Part shown: in pieces, positions 37,091 to 46,490 of the stretch
Position numbering within the stretch: position 1 is the stretch's first letter
Layout: each line of letters begins with the position of its first letter
Assembly (NCBI GenBank): GCA_964440325.1
Contig: CAYTRW010000003.1
Span: 2,924-66,923 of the forward strand
DNA: 64,000 nt
DNA from: an uncultured Pseudomonadota bacterium
GTDB taxonomy: Bacteria > Babelota > Babeliae > Babelales > Vermiphilaceae
Reading direction: 5' to 3'
The notes under the pieces: model-generated
The model's input: only the letters and a program-made list of their open reading frames with translations
Told to the model about the DNA's origin: nothing
Databases searched by the model: none
Translations under genes and position numbers: made by a program

Positions 37091-37933
37091 ATGATGCATA
37101 CAAATACACGATTATTATTAAGCCTTTTGTATATCGGAATGTCAGTTGCTCCATTTGCACGTGCTGCGCAAGAAATTCCAGGTTCTTTGCACGATGAACA
37201 AGTTGAACTTGATCATCAAGAGTATGAATATGTTGATGGTGTAAAATGTCCATGCAATAAGCCAAAGCCAAAAAGAAAACTTCTTATTTCTGCTGCTCCC
37301 CGTTCTGGAGAAGAGTTGGTCAAAACAGTTGTTGATGAGCTTGTAAAGCCAACATGGGTTGCCGTTGATGAAGCGGATACTGATTTGTCAGAAGATGTAT
37401 TGCATAAATTAACACGTGATAATAAAGCTGCAGTAACACATATTTGTGCAACTGATAAAACAGTGCGTCTTGCGCAAGAACAACAATTAAATGTTTTATA
37501 TGTGGTTAAAGATCCACGCGATTATGTGTATGCAACCGCACAATGGATAAAAAATGTTGCACATAAAGATGGTGTATCTGCAAAATCGATACATGACCTT
37601 GTTGTTGATTTGATTAAAGATGTTGATTTTGTATATCGTTCATATACTCCGTGGATGAGCTATAAAAATACGCTTGTTGTTCGATCTGAAAGCTTGGCTG
37701 GTAAAGAAGAAGAACAAGTGGAAGAAATCTTAAAACTTGCGCGTCATCTTGGTGTTCCTGCAGATAGACAAAAAGCTCATCGTATTGCATTGCTTTGTCA
37801 AAAAGAAGAAGAAACATATAAAAGCAGTGGTACATGGAAACAAGAATTTACACAAGAACATAAAGAACTATTTAAAGATGTAGCAGGGCAGTTGCTTATT
37901 GATTTAGGATACGAAAAAGATCTTAACTGGTAA
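37091..37933 (+). CDS. Secreted PAPS-dependent sulfotransferase-domain protein
   Basis: AAGGAG RBS 7 nt before ATG 37091. Signal peptide MMHTNTRLLLSLLYIGMSVAPFARA. 5'-PSB-like LLISAAPRSGEELV, 3'-PB-like VVKDPRDYVYATAQW, and the C-terminal GTWKQEFTQEHKELFKDVAGQLLIDLGY typical of sulfotransferase C-termini. Confidence 0.6.
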   Translation: MMHTNTRLLLSLLYIGMSVAPFARAAQEIPGSLHDEQVELDHQEYEYVDGVKCPCNKPKPKRKLLISAAPRSGEELVKTVVDELVKPTWVAVDEADTDLSEDVLHKLTRDNKAAVTHICATDKTVRLAQEQQLNVLYVVKDPRDYVYATAQWIKNVAHKDGVSAKSIHDLVVDLIKDVDFVYRSYTPWMSYKNTLVVRSESLAGKEEEQVEEILKLARHLGVPADRQKAHRIALLCQKEEETYKSSGTWKQEFTQEHKELFKDVAGQLLIDLGYEKDLNW

Positions 37934-37959
37934 TTGTTATTGCACAGAAACTGTTAAAA

Positions 37960-37990
37960 AAAGAAGGGCTAAAAGCCCTTCTTTTTTTAT
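37960..37990. terminator. Bidirectional intrinsic terminator between the sulfotransferase gene and the convergent GT2 gene
   Basis: AAAAAAGAAGGGC-TAAAA-GCCCTTCTTTTTTT. Confidence 0.75.
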
Positions 37991-37995
37991 GGTTT

Positions 37996-38736
37996 TTAAT
38001 TATTGTTATTGTTATAAAAAAAAGAAGGGAATCGTATTTTAAAGAGTGCTTTTAGCATATAAAATCCTGCAGATAGTTTTAATTTGCTGCCTGCTTGATC
38101 ATACCAGGTTGTTGGTATTTCTTTTATAACAAAGTGTTCCTTCTTGCACAAATATAAAAGTTCAACATCAAAAGCCCATTGCGTAACGGTTAGCTGAGGC
38201 GCAATATGTTTGATACAGCGTTGCGTAAAAAGCTTTGCTCCGCACTGATAATCATAATAAGACATGCCAAAAAGAAGGCGAATAAGTGATTCAAAAATAA
38301 GCTTGCTTCCCAATCGCTTGATAAGAGGTCGTGGTGGATAAACGTGAGCTTCAGGCATATATCTGCTTGCAATAATTCCATCAAAACCATTTATATTGTT
38401 GATAAGATCATAATAATAAAGTGGTTCTGTAGCCATATCTGCATCAACAAATCCAATTAAGTCAAAAGTATTTTTTTTGATAGCTTGTAAAAAACCATAT
38501 TTTACGGCAAGTCCTTTCCCTGATTCTTTAAGATTAAACATAAAGATTGTGTCAGGATATTTTTTTTGTAAGCGCGTTATTACAAATTCAGTGTTGTCGG
38601 TACATCCATTTAAAACAACGAAAAAAGTTACGTTTACATGGTCTGATTTTTTTTGAAAAAAAGAACAATATGCAGACAACATTTTTTCTATGCGATTTTC
38701 TTCATTATGCGCGGGAATTATAAGTGCAACGTTCAT
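37996..38736 (-). CDS. Glycosyltransferase family 2 (dolichyl-/polyprenyl-phosphate sugar transferase-like)
   Basis: MNVALIIPAHNEENRIEKML..., DxD-like VDADMA, GT-A fold length. Confidence 0.8.
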   Translation of the reverse strand: MNVALIIPAHNEENRIEKMLSAYCSFFQKKSDHVNVTFFVVLNGCTDNTEFVITRLQKKYPDTIFMFNLKESGKGLAVKYGFLQAIKKNTFDLIGFVDADMATEPLYYYDLINNINGFDGIIASRYMPEAHVYPPRPLIKRLGSKLIFESLIRLLFGMSYYDYQCGAKLFTQRCIKHIAPQLTVTQWAFDVELLYLCKKEHFVIKEIPTTWYDQAGSKLKLSAGFYMLKALFKIRFPSFFYNNNNN

Positions 38737-39079
38737 TTTTGTGCCGATATTAATTTTATTGCAAAGGTTGTAATAATGATTTTTGTTTTACAAAAAAGAT
38801 ATCGATTTTTATGTTTTTAATCTACTACTTGGGATTTTTGATCTCTATTTTTTCGTGCCTTCTTTTTAATGAGGTTTAATTATGTGCCGTCAATGTGTTG
38901 AAAATTTTTAATGTGAATTAATTAATTTTCCAAAGCGAGTAAATAAATGTTGTATGCCTTTTGTATGAACAAAGAGTTGATTGCCCTTTTTTTATATTTT
39001 TTTAAGTCTTGTTGATTAAAGTATTTCAGTTTGATATTTTTGTCAGTGGTAGAGTTATCATAAAAAGAGGATTTCCTGT

Positions 39080-39481
39080 ATGAAGATATCAAAGATAGGA
39101 TTGGCGTGGATTGCAGTTCATGATATTGAGCGAGCAACACATTTTTTATCTGATGTGGTTGGGCTTACTGTTTTAAACATGCTTAAAGAACAGGGATGGG
39201 CAGAGCTTGTTGCTTTGCGTGGAGATATTGTTCTTGGAGTAGGACAAGTATCGGATCATCAAGGGGTTGATCCTGAGAATGGCTCACCTATTAAACCGGG
39301 CCAAAATGCGGTTATTACATTGACTGTTGATAATATAGTATCTGCAAAGGCTGAGCTTGAGCAAAAAGGAGTCTCTTTTGTAGGAGATATTATTGAAGTT
39401 CCTGGCCATGTAAAATTAGTGACCTTTACCGATCCAGATGGTAATTTTTTTCAGCTTGTAGAAGAAGCTGCTGGAGCATGA
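39080..39481 (+). CDS. VOC/glyoxalase-bleomycin-resistance family protein
   Basis: Two beta-alpha-beta-beta-beta modules (LAWIAVHDIERATHFLSDVVGLTV; HVKLVTFTDPDGNFFQLVE). Confidence 0.7.
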   Translation: MKISKIGLAWIAVHDIERATHFLSDVVGLTVLNMLKEQGWAELVALRGDIVLGVGQVSDHQGVDPENGSPIKPGQNAVITLTVDNIVSAKAELEQKGVSFVGDIIEVPGHVKLVTFTDPDGNFFQLVEEAAGA

Positions 39482-39486
39482 TTTAG

Positions 39487-39810
39487 TTAGCCATCATAAA
39501 GATCAGATATTTGTGATTTTAGATTCTCGTTTATTGCGGTAAGCGCATCAACCTCTTTTTGCAAAAGTGTTTTTTCTTTTTTAATCGTATCCATTTCTTT
39601 TTGGAGCCGTTTTATAATGGAGTTTGATTCATTTAGGATTTGTGTTTTATGGGTAATATTTTCTGAAAGCATGGTTATTTCATCTTTTAGTATTTTCATT
39701 TCTTCAGTTTGAGCTTCATGTTCTAATTTTTTAAAATAGCTTTTTGTTGATTGAGCGCATGACAAGGTAATGCTGTAGCAATAAATATATAAAAATAGGT
39801 ATTTTTTCAT
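39487..39810 (-). CDS. Small secreted coiled-coil protein
   Basis: Signal-like N-terminus, then heptad-rich sequence (EMKILKDEITMLSENITHKTQILNESNSIIKRLQKEMDTIKKEKTLLQKEVDALTAINENLKSQISDL). Confidence 0.35.
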   Translation of the reverse strand: MKKYLFLYIYCYSITLSCAQSTKSYFKKLEHEAQTEEMKILKDEITMLSENITHKTQILNESNSIIKRLQKEMDTIKKEKTLLQKEVDALTAINENLKSQISDLYDG

Positions 39811-39819
39811 GCATGTTCC

Positions 39820-40104
39820 TTAGGTGGGGAGCTCTAGCGGTTTTTTAAAACATAAAGGACATGGTTTTTGAAGTTCAAGACATTGATCAAGAAGAGCCTT
39901 TTTATCTGAAGAGGAAAGATTTTCTTTTTTTAATCTAACCAGAAGAGCTTGATTTTTTATGCAAAGAAGACAGGGTTTTTTAATAATGGGGCAAAGCGTA
40001 TCTTTTTGAGTCTGAAAAGTTGGGACAGGGGTGTCTTTATGTGCCCCTTTTATAATATGACTTACGGTTATTATTATATAAAAAAAAGAATGTATTCTTC
40101 TCAT
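39820..40104 (-). CDS. Small secreted Cys-rich protein with a duplicated KPCxLC motif
   Basis: Probable start MRRIHSFFYIIITVSHIIKGA (signal peptide). Two CP..KKPCLLC / KPCPLCFKKP motifs. Confidence 0.3.
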   Translation of the reverse strand: MRRIHSFFYIIITVSHIIKGAHKDTPVPTFQTQKDTLCPIIKKPCLLCIKNQALLVRLKKENLSSSDKKALLDQCLELQKPCPLCFKKPLELPT

Positions 40105-40258
40105 ATAAAACCTTTTTCTAAAACATGGCAAATATTCTCATATGGCAACACTAGTATAAAAATTATTTTTATATCAACTATTTGAATAAAACCGTTGAGT
40201 TCTTTTAAAAAGAATCAGTAGGATAAAAAAGATAGGAATAGATAAAAAAAGGATTGTT

Positions 40259-41245
40259 ATGTATTCAAGAAAAATATTATCTGTTTTTTGCGTACTGTTT
40301 ACGTTTCTTTTTATACATGTTGGTGCGCTAGATAATAAAAAAGTTCTTGAGGGCCCATTTCTTCCTGAAAATACACAGCTTCAGTTTGATATTGATGAGA
40401 CGATTGTTATAAAAAATCGTTTTCAACTGTGGATTGATTTGATAAAAGATTTACATTATAGGGTTGATTTATTGTTCCCATTATTATTTACCAATGCGGA
40501 TCCCAATTATATTAATTGTGCAATTGGGCATCCATGGAACTTATATTATCAAGCGATAAATAGGCCTGAGTTGCGTCCATATGTTGACCAATTTATGAAG
40601 AGAGTTGCGTCTTCTCATCATCTGATTCCTGGGGTTATAGATATTTTGGTTCGTTTAAAACAAAAAGGATATTCCATTGTGTATGCGACCAATAAGGATC
40701 GTGTATCATATGATTATACGGTAAATACTTTAAAAGAGCCGTTTTCTTCTTTACCCGATGCTGTTTTGGTTTATTTTAGAAAAACAACTGATCCTGTTAT
40801 GAATGCAATTAAACACTTTATTGATACGGCAGGAGAGCAAGAAAAAGAGTTTGCTGATATGATGCGTGATGTATATGACCAAAAGGATACAACGCTTATT
40901 AAGCATTCTTTTGTCATGAAGCCATCTCAAGAATATGTATTAAAACAGCGAGAGATTGCAGGAGATAAAAAAATTATCTTTTTTGATGACCTTGCCAAAA
41001 ATGTTGAAGCGATGTCTTTTGATCAAAATAGTATTGGGATCCAGGTATTTGCTTCAGCAGAATCTATTCTCAACCCCCTTTTCCAGTTGGGAATTTTTTC
41101 TCATGATGATCCAAGTGATGAGGCATTATATATTCGATTGAGCGAGTATCATAATTCCGGTATACTCACAAAGGTTGGCAAATGGTGGCTTGCATTTAAA
41201 CGGTGGTTATGGCCACCAGTCTCTGTGCGCATGCCTGTGCATTAA
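40259..41245 (+). CDS. Secreted HAD-superfamily hydrolase-like protein
   Basis: Signal peptide. HAD motif I FDIDETIVIK (DxDxT) and an FFDDLAKNVEA (DD) motif IV-like segment. Confidence 0.5.
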   Translation: MYSRKILSVFCVLFTFLFIHVGALDNKKVLEGPFLPENTQLQFDIDETIVIKNRFQLWIDLIKDLHYRVDLLFPLLFTNADPNYINCAIGHPWNLYYQAINRPELRPYVDQFMKRVASSHHLIPGVIDILVRLKQKGYSIVYATNKDRVSYDYTVNTLKEPFSSLPDAVLVYFRKTTDPVMNAIKHFIDTAGEQEKEFADMMRDVYDQKDTTLIKHSFVMKPSQEYVLKQREIAGDKKIIFFDDLAKNVEAMSFDQNSIGIQVFASAESILNPLFQLGIFSHDDPSDEALYIRLSEYHNSGILTKVGKWWLAFKRWLWPPVSVRMPVH

Positions 41246-41260
41246 AAGAAAGCGTAATTT

Positions 41261-42157
41261 ATGATAGATATGATAGGGTTGCAGGCCCTATATAGCGTTT
41301 CAGCGATTATTAATAAACAATTAGTGGTGCTTGCGCATCCTTTGGTTGTTGTGGTTGCGCGGATGTTTATTGTTGGCGTATTATTGTATGCCTACGAATG
41401 GTATAAAGAAAAAAGGCCTCCATTATTGCAAAAACGGCATATTTTTTATTTTTTATACATAGCTTGTTGTGGAATGCTGCTCAGAAAGTTCTTTTATTAT
41501 TGGGCTCTTTCATATACGCCTGTTACCAAAGTTTCTTTAATTTTAAATTGTACGCCCTTTTGTATTGGCTTAATTGCACATTGTTGGCAAAAAAAAACCT
41601 TAACGCGCTTGCAGTGGGTTTCTTTATTGATAGCTTTTTTGGGGACAGCACCTATTTTATTTGTTGATGCATGCGCAGAAACAGTGATTAAAGGACTTTT
41701 TATTACGTGGACAGATCTGGCATTAATAGCGGGAATTTTTTTGTATAGCGTCAGTGTGCTTTTAATGCAGCATCTTATTATAGAGCATAAATATCCTTCT
41801 TCTGTAGTATATGCACTTTCAGCTCTTGGATGTGGGTTTTTTGGTATAACCATGCTTTCAGTAACCAAGTATGGTTCTCAGCTTGAGTATACTAGTTTTA
41901 TGTTGGGACTATTCTGTTGCCTTGTTTTAATAAATTTTTTGTGTGGTAATGCGTATTATCGTCTTTTGCAAACGCATTCGGCAACATTATTGGCGCTGAC
42001 TGATTGTTTGGGGCCAATTTTTGTAGCGGGTTATTCAGCGTTTTTATTTGGAGACCATTTTACCTGGCATTATTATGCATCTGCTTTTTTAGTAAGTTTG
42101 GCGCTTTATTTTTTTTATCGAGACGAATTGTTGCAAAAAAATATGCGCACTCAATAA
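41261..42157 (+). CDS. DMT-superfamily (EamA-like) 10-TM transporter
   Basis: Two 5-TM halves at 298 aa; no catalytic motifs. Confidence 0.55.
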   Translation: MIDMIGLQALYSVSAIINKQLVVLAHPLVVVVARMFIVGVLLYAYEWYKEKRPPLLQKRHIFYFLYIACCGMLLRKFFYYWALSYTPVTKVSLILNCTPFCIGLIAHCWQKKTLTRLQWVSLLIAFLGTAPILFVDACAETVIKGLFITWTDLALIAGIFLYSVSVLLMQHLIIEHKYPSSVVYALSALGCGFFGITMLSVTKYGSQLEYTSFMLGLFCCLVLINFLCGNAYYRLLQTHSATLLALTDCLGPIFVAGYSAFLFGDHFTWHYYASAFLVSLALYFFYRDELLQKNMRTQ

Positions 42158-42194
42158 ATCTGAATGCGCATAAAAAGTTTTTATAAGTGTAGGG

Positions 42195-44036
42195 CTATAA
42201 GTAAAAACTTGAGCCTACGATATATTCTTTTTCATCTTTTATTGTTTTTTCTACATGCGCAACGGCAATACGTTTATTAAGCGTAAAATATACTTTTGCA
42301 GGACCATGTTCAACCGCGCTTATCATAGTTTGAATAAAAGTTCTTTCTTCATCATCTTGCCAGTTTTTTAAGTTTTTCCATGGCTTTTTCATGTCATCAC
42401 CCCACACGTAGCACATGCCCTCAGTATCAAGTACAAATACTCCCAATTCTCCGCGTATAAATGCTCCGGTAGGAGATGAAAACTGTTTAAAAGCAAAGGC
42501 TCGATCATTTTCTTGAAAAAATTCTAGTGCACTTTTTGATAAAAGCATCATTGTTTCACGTTTGGTGAGTGGATAGATTCCTGATCCAATAACAAAGGTT
42601 TGATTTCCCATTTTTACTTTTTCAACATAAATTGATTGGAATGCATTTTTAAAGCGATGATTTATCCAGATACTATTGTTTTCTGAATCATTTTTCATGA
42701 GTGTATTGATTAGTTCTTTTATGTAAAGATCACCTTCATCGTCTTTTGCTTCTATTTGATTGCGCCCAACAAATTCATCATTTGCGCCGTGTGCAATAAC
42801 TTTGCCGGTTAGATCGTATACAAAGAGGTATAGGTCTCCATATCTAAAATCATCTGTTTGGCGGCTACTAAATTCTTCAGCGGCTGCTGATATGCCATGA
42901 GATTTCATGTATTGATAACCCCGAGCCACAAGGTCAGTCATTTTTTCTTTATCAGCATCGGGATAAAATCCGCAGGCAATAAAGTAGTTTTTACCTTTTG
43001 TGTCAGTAACTTGCATTGCGTATGTTTGTTTTGGAGCGCGTTTTGAAAGGTATTCTATCCAAATACCTTCTTCTCCTTTATTTTCTTTTAATTTTTTTAC
43101 AATTTCTTTGTTTATATATACACCGTTTGCATCTTTATAGTCTCCCGCATTATTTCCAATAAGTCCGGGACGATCTCCTTGTGCAACAATATTATAGTCA
43201 AAATCAAGCGCATATAAATACAGATCACCTATTGCAAAGCGTCCACTGAGTGGGTAACTAAATGTGCTAAAGATGTCTTCAACGGGTCTGTTATTTTTTT
43301 GTTCTGCATTAAAAAAAGCGACAGCGCCATGAACAAGTCCTTTTACAAGGTCGCTTTTGCTGTGTGCATAAAAACCGCAGCCAATAACATATGAAACGCC
43401 ATCTTTTTCTACTAATTTTACGTATGATGATTTAACGCTGTCTTTAAATTCATACGTAGTCCATCCCCCGCCACTTTGAGCTTTTTTGATGATTTCTTTT
43501 AAATAAAAAGATCCAAATTGATCTTTTTCTTCATACCAATTTTTCCAAATATTTTGTTCTTTTTGTCCATAGGCGTAAATGGTTCCTTTGGTATCAACAA
43601 CAAAGATATAAAGTTCTCCCAGTAAAAAATCTTTTGAATGAGTAAATGCGTCACACGCAACAGCAAGATCATGGGTATTTAAATAGTTCAATGCTTTATT
43701 TACAAGGGAAATAGCATCTCTTTTTTTTGCTTCTTTATTAAACCCTTTTTCAAATAACATCTCAGCTTTGTCTGTTTCTTCTCCTTCTTGCTGGGAAGAG
43801 ATAACATTTTTTGATTCTTTTTTTAAAAGAGGAGTTTCAGGTTGATCGGATTGATCTTTTTGTTCTTTTTTTTTGCGTAATCTTTGTGATCGAGAAGACT
43901 GTTTTTTTTGTTGCGATGTTTCAAAGTTATTAGTAAGATCCGACGCTGCTTTTAATACAGTATCGCTATAAAGAAGCATGCATGAGGTAATTATAGTACG
44001 CAACATAACCATATCTCTAGAGAATATATTTTTCAT
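42195..44036 (-). CDS. Secreted protein of four tandem sCache_2-like ligand-binding modules, with no output domain
   Basis: Four repeats of about 100 aa each: [FY]..G[DE]LY[IL][FY]V.D..G..[IY]A[HY]G-...-K[DE]..G..YI.E...-...W..Y......-........Y[VF]IG[CS]GFY. Signal peptide at the N-terminus. No TM or kinase/MCP/GGDEF region. Confidence 0.6.
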   Translation of the reverse strand: MKNIFSRDMVMLRTIITSCMLLYSDTVLKAASDLTNNFETSQQKKQSSRSQRLRKKKEQKDQSDQPETPLLKKESKNVISSQQEGEETDKAEMLFEKGFNKEAKKRDAISLVNKALNYLNTHDLAVACDAFTHSKDFLLGELYIFVVDTKGTIYAYGQKEQNIWKNWYEEKDQFGSFYLKEIIKKAQSGGGWTTYEFKDSVKSSYVKLVEKDGVSYVIGCGFYAHSKSDLVKGLVHGAVAFFNAEQKNNRPVEDIFSTFSYPLSGRFAIGDLYLYALDFDYNIVAQGDRPGLIGNNAGDYKDANGVYINKEIVKKLKENKGEEGIWIEYLSKRAPKQTYAMQVTDTKGKNYFIACGFYPDADKEKMTDLVARGYQYMKSHGISAAAEEFSSRQTDDFRYGDLYLFVYDLTGKVIAHGANDEFVGRNQIEAKDDEGDLYIKELINTLMKNDSENNSIWINHRFKNAFQSIYVEKVKMGNQTFVIGSGIYPLTKRETMMLLSKSALEFFQENDRAFAFKQFSSPTGAFIRGELGVFVLDTEGMCYVWGDDMKKPWKNLKNWQDDEERTFIQTMISAVEHGPAKVYFTLNKRIAVAHVEKTIKDEKEYIVGSSFYL

Positions 44037-44070
44037 AGCATGCTCCTTTACAACTCATTTATTTTTTTTA

Positions 44071-44769
44071 TTAGTCTCGCTTTTTGCCCATAAATCTAAG
44101 AAGAAAAAGAAACAGATTGATAAAGTCTAAATATAGTGTAAGAGCACACAATATTGTAACTTTTGCCATTTCTTGTGTTCCGCCGAGTAATTGGCTACCG
44201 ATCATTTTTATCTTTTGTACGTCATACGCTGTTAATAATGCAAAGATAATTACACCAATTCCTGAAAGAACCATATCAAACGCAGGGCTTTGAAGAAAGA
44301 TATTTACAAACATTCCGATAATGAGGCCAAAAAGAACCATCAATCCCATGCTTCCAATAGATGTAAGATCTGCTTTGGTTACATATCCGTATAAGGCCAT
44401 TGCGCCAAACATTCCAGCACAGGTAACAAATGTTGCTCCAATTGAGGCAGTAGTATAGATATAAAAAATTGAAGACAGCGTTACACCCATTGAAGCTGCA
44501 TAAAGAGCATAAAGACCGATTGCTGCAGTAAATGAAAGGCGCGGTAAAAGAGCAGTGAGTGATGTTACAAGGGCTATTTGTGCAAAAAATATGCCAAATA
44601 AAAGCAGTGGACTTGTATGGAGAGTGTATATAAAGCGAGGAGAGAGTGCTACTGCATATGCAATGTATGCAGTGAGAGTGAGAGCTCCTGACATCCAGCC
44701 ATATACTCCCCACATAAATGAGCTTATTTGTTTTTCATACTGATGATTACGAGATTCTGTATAAAACAT
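44071..44769 (-). CDS. Bax-inhibitor-1/YccA-family membrane protein
   Basis: 7-TM, 232 aa, and a charged C-terminal tail (GKKRD) typical of BI-1/YccA. Confidence 0.75.
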   Translation of the reverse strand: MFYTESRNHQYEKQISSFMWGVYGWMSGALTLTAYIAYAVALSPRFIYTLHTSPLLLFGIFFAQIALVTSLTALLPRLSFTAAIGLYALYAASMGVTLSSIFYIYTTASIGATFVTCAGMFGAMALYGYVTKADLTSIGSMGLMVLFGLIIGMFVNIFLQSPAFDMVLSGIGVIIFALLTAYDVQKIKMIGSQLLGGTQEMAKVTILCALTLYLDFINLFLFLLRFMGKKRD

Positions 44770-45045
44770 AGGCTACCTCTTTGTATAAGGGGGTTTATTT
44801 CTTTTGTTAGCCTACTTTTTTTTCTTATGAATGCAATAATTTGCTCTTGAATTCAGAAAGTTGATTTTTTCTTACTCATTTTATGAAAGGGTCGACTTTT
44901 TGGGTATTAAAAGAAAAGAATTATTTTTAAAAATAACCCTAAGATATTGAAAAAAAGCTTTTATTTGTACTATCTTTAAAATAATACCACGGTATGTATC
45001 TTTGCAAAATAAAGGTATATGCTCCGTAAAAAGGAGATCAAAGAG

Positions 45046-46032
45046 ATGAAAAGTATAAAAAATCTATTGCTTGTAATGGGGGGTATATCCTCTATTCTTA
45101 TTCTTGCCAATTGGGGAGCTCAGACCTCCCAATCAGGTCGGCCAAAGCCTGCAGTTAACTTTGAAGGATTATTAACCACGGAGCAAGAAGAAGCGTTGAG
45201 GGTTGAAAATATTACCTTTGATGGCAAGTATAAGCAAATCCCCATGTATGATGCCCCTTCTGGAGCAAAAGCGTTAGAAAAAGAAAAATCTGCGGCACTT
45301 AATGAAAAAACGGGGCATAAAGAGGTATTATTAAGAAAACACCCTAAAAATAATTTTGTGCTTACAAAAATTGATTTATCTGAAGTTTCAAAAATAAGTG
45401 TGATGTCTGACCCTCTTTATGTACATGAAGATAAAGAAAAGAAAAGACGAACGGTTTTTTTAAAGATAACTGTTGTTTTGCATGATCAAAAGAAAACCCC
45501 AAAAAGTTATCTTGTTGAAGATGGGCACAAATTGTTTTGTGATGAAAAAAATGAAGCCGGTCCTCTAGAAAAAGAAGTTCCACTGTCTGCAATCAAAGAA
45601 CTTATTATTTCTGGATTTCATGAGCAAGAAGTAGAAGTGCGAGTAAAATCATCAGAAGAATCAGAAGAACCTATTGATGATAAAAATGCAGAAAAAAAAC
45701 AACAAAAAAGAAAGAAAAATGGCGTTCGTTCAAAAAAGAAAGAAGAACCAGAAGCTTTAGAGCAAATATCTACCTCTAATGAGACAGAATCTTCTGAAAT
45801 GCAAAAAAAAGAGCAAAAACAATCTCCAGCTCCTGTTCAAGCAATGCCTGTTGCGACTTCAGTTGCAGTTCCTGTAGTAACTCCAGATAAAAAAGTAGTG
45901 CCATCAAGTCAGCCTGCTCAAGGTGTGGTAGCACCATCTGTAGCGGTACCTGTTCTGCCTCAAGCTCAGGGAGCAGTCAAGTCTGCAGTTACAGTTCCTG
46001 TTGCAGTTCCCGTTTTGCCGACTGCAAAATAA
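45046..46032 (+). CDS. Secreted Lys/Glu-rich protein with a C-terminal A-V-P-V repeat region
   Basis: AAGGAG upstream. Signal peptide MKSIKNLLLVMGGISSILILANWGAQT. KKQQKRKKNGVRSKKKEEPE. Tail PVATSVAVPVVTPDKKVVP...VAVPVLPQAQGAVKSAVTVPVAVPVLPTAK. Confidence 0.4.
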   Translation: MKSIKNLLLVMGGISSILILANWGAQTSQSGRPKPAVNFEGLLTTEQEEALRVENITFDGKYKQIPMYDAPSGAKALEKEKSAALNEKTGHKEVLLRKHPKNNFVLTKIDLSEVSKISVMSDPLYVHEDKEKKRRTVFLKITVVLHDQKKTPKSYLVEDGHKLFCDEKNEAGPLEKEVPLSAIKELIISGFHEQEVEVRVKSSEESEEPIDDKNAEKKQQKRKKNGVRSKKKEEPEALEQISTSNETESSEMQKKEQKQSPAPVQAMPVATSVAVPVVTPDKKVVPSSQPAQGVVAPSVAVPVLPQAQGAVKSAVTVPVAVPVLPTAK

Positions 46033-46112
46033 ATTTATATTTTAGTAAATTGAATGCTTTTATACTTTTGCTATCCTAAAGAAATAGTTGCACATATAGC
46101 GTAAGGAACAAT

Positions 46113-46430
46113 ATGCCTTTGATTATAAAAAATGAAACGTTGGAACAAGTAAAGCAGTCTAAAAAGCCAGTGGTAATTGATGTGCATGCTCCATGGTGTG
46201 GACCATGCCAACAAATGGCGCCTCTTTTTGAAGAGCTAGAAAAAGAGCTTGGAGATACTTATCTTTTTGCATCATTAAATGTTGAAGATGCACGAGAAAT
46301 TGCCATTTCATATGGCGTATCATCGATTCCTACTTTTTTGTTTATAAAAGATGGTCAATTAAAAGGAAAAGTAACGGGATACATGTCAAAAGAAGATCTT
46401 AAAGAGCAGATCATATCGCATTTGGGTTAA
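46113..46430 (+). CDS. trxA: Thioredoxin
   Basis: WCGPCQ active site; 105 aa. Confidence 0.9.
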   Translation: MPLIIKNETLEQVKQSKKPVVIDVHAPWCGPCQQMAPLFEELEKELGDTYLFASLNVEDAREIAISYGVSSIPTFLFIKDGQLKGKVTGYMSKEDLKEQIISHLG

Positions 46431-46447
46431 TAAAATAGTTAATAGAG

Positions 46448-46490
46448 GAAAAGAAGCTCTATAGTTTTTGTTAAGCTTCTTTTCTTTTAC
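46448..46490 (+). terminator. Hairpin (11-bp stem GAAAAGAAGCT/AGCTTCTTTTC) with trailing Ts after trxA
   Basis: Seen directly. The right arm overlaps the stop codon of the convergent minus-strand gene. Confidence 0.45.

Noticed and set aside
38922-39140. 72-aa minus-strand ORF overlapping the start of the VOC-family gene
   Set aside because: Low-complexity translation overlapping the RBS and start of a well-supported plus-strand gene. Judged spurious.
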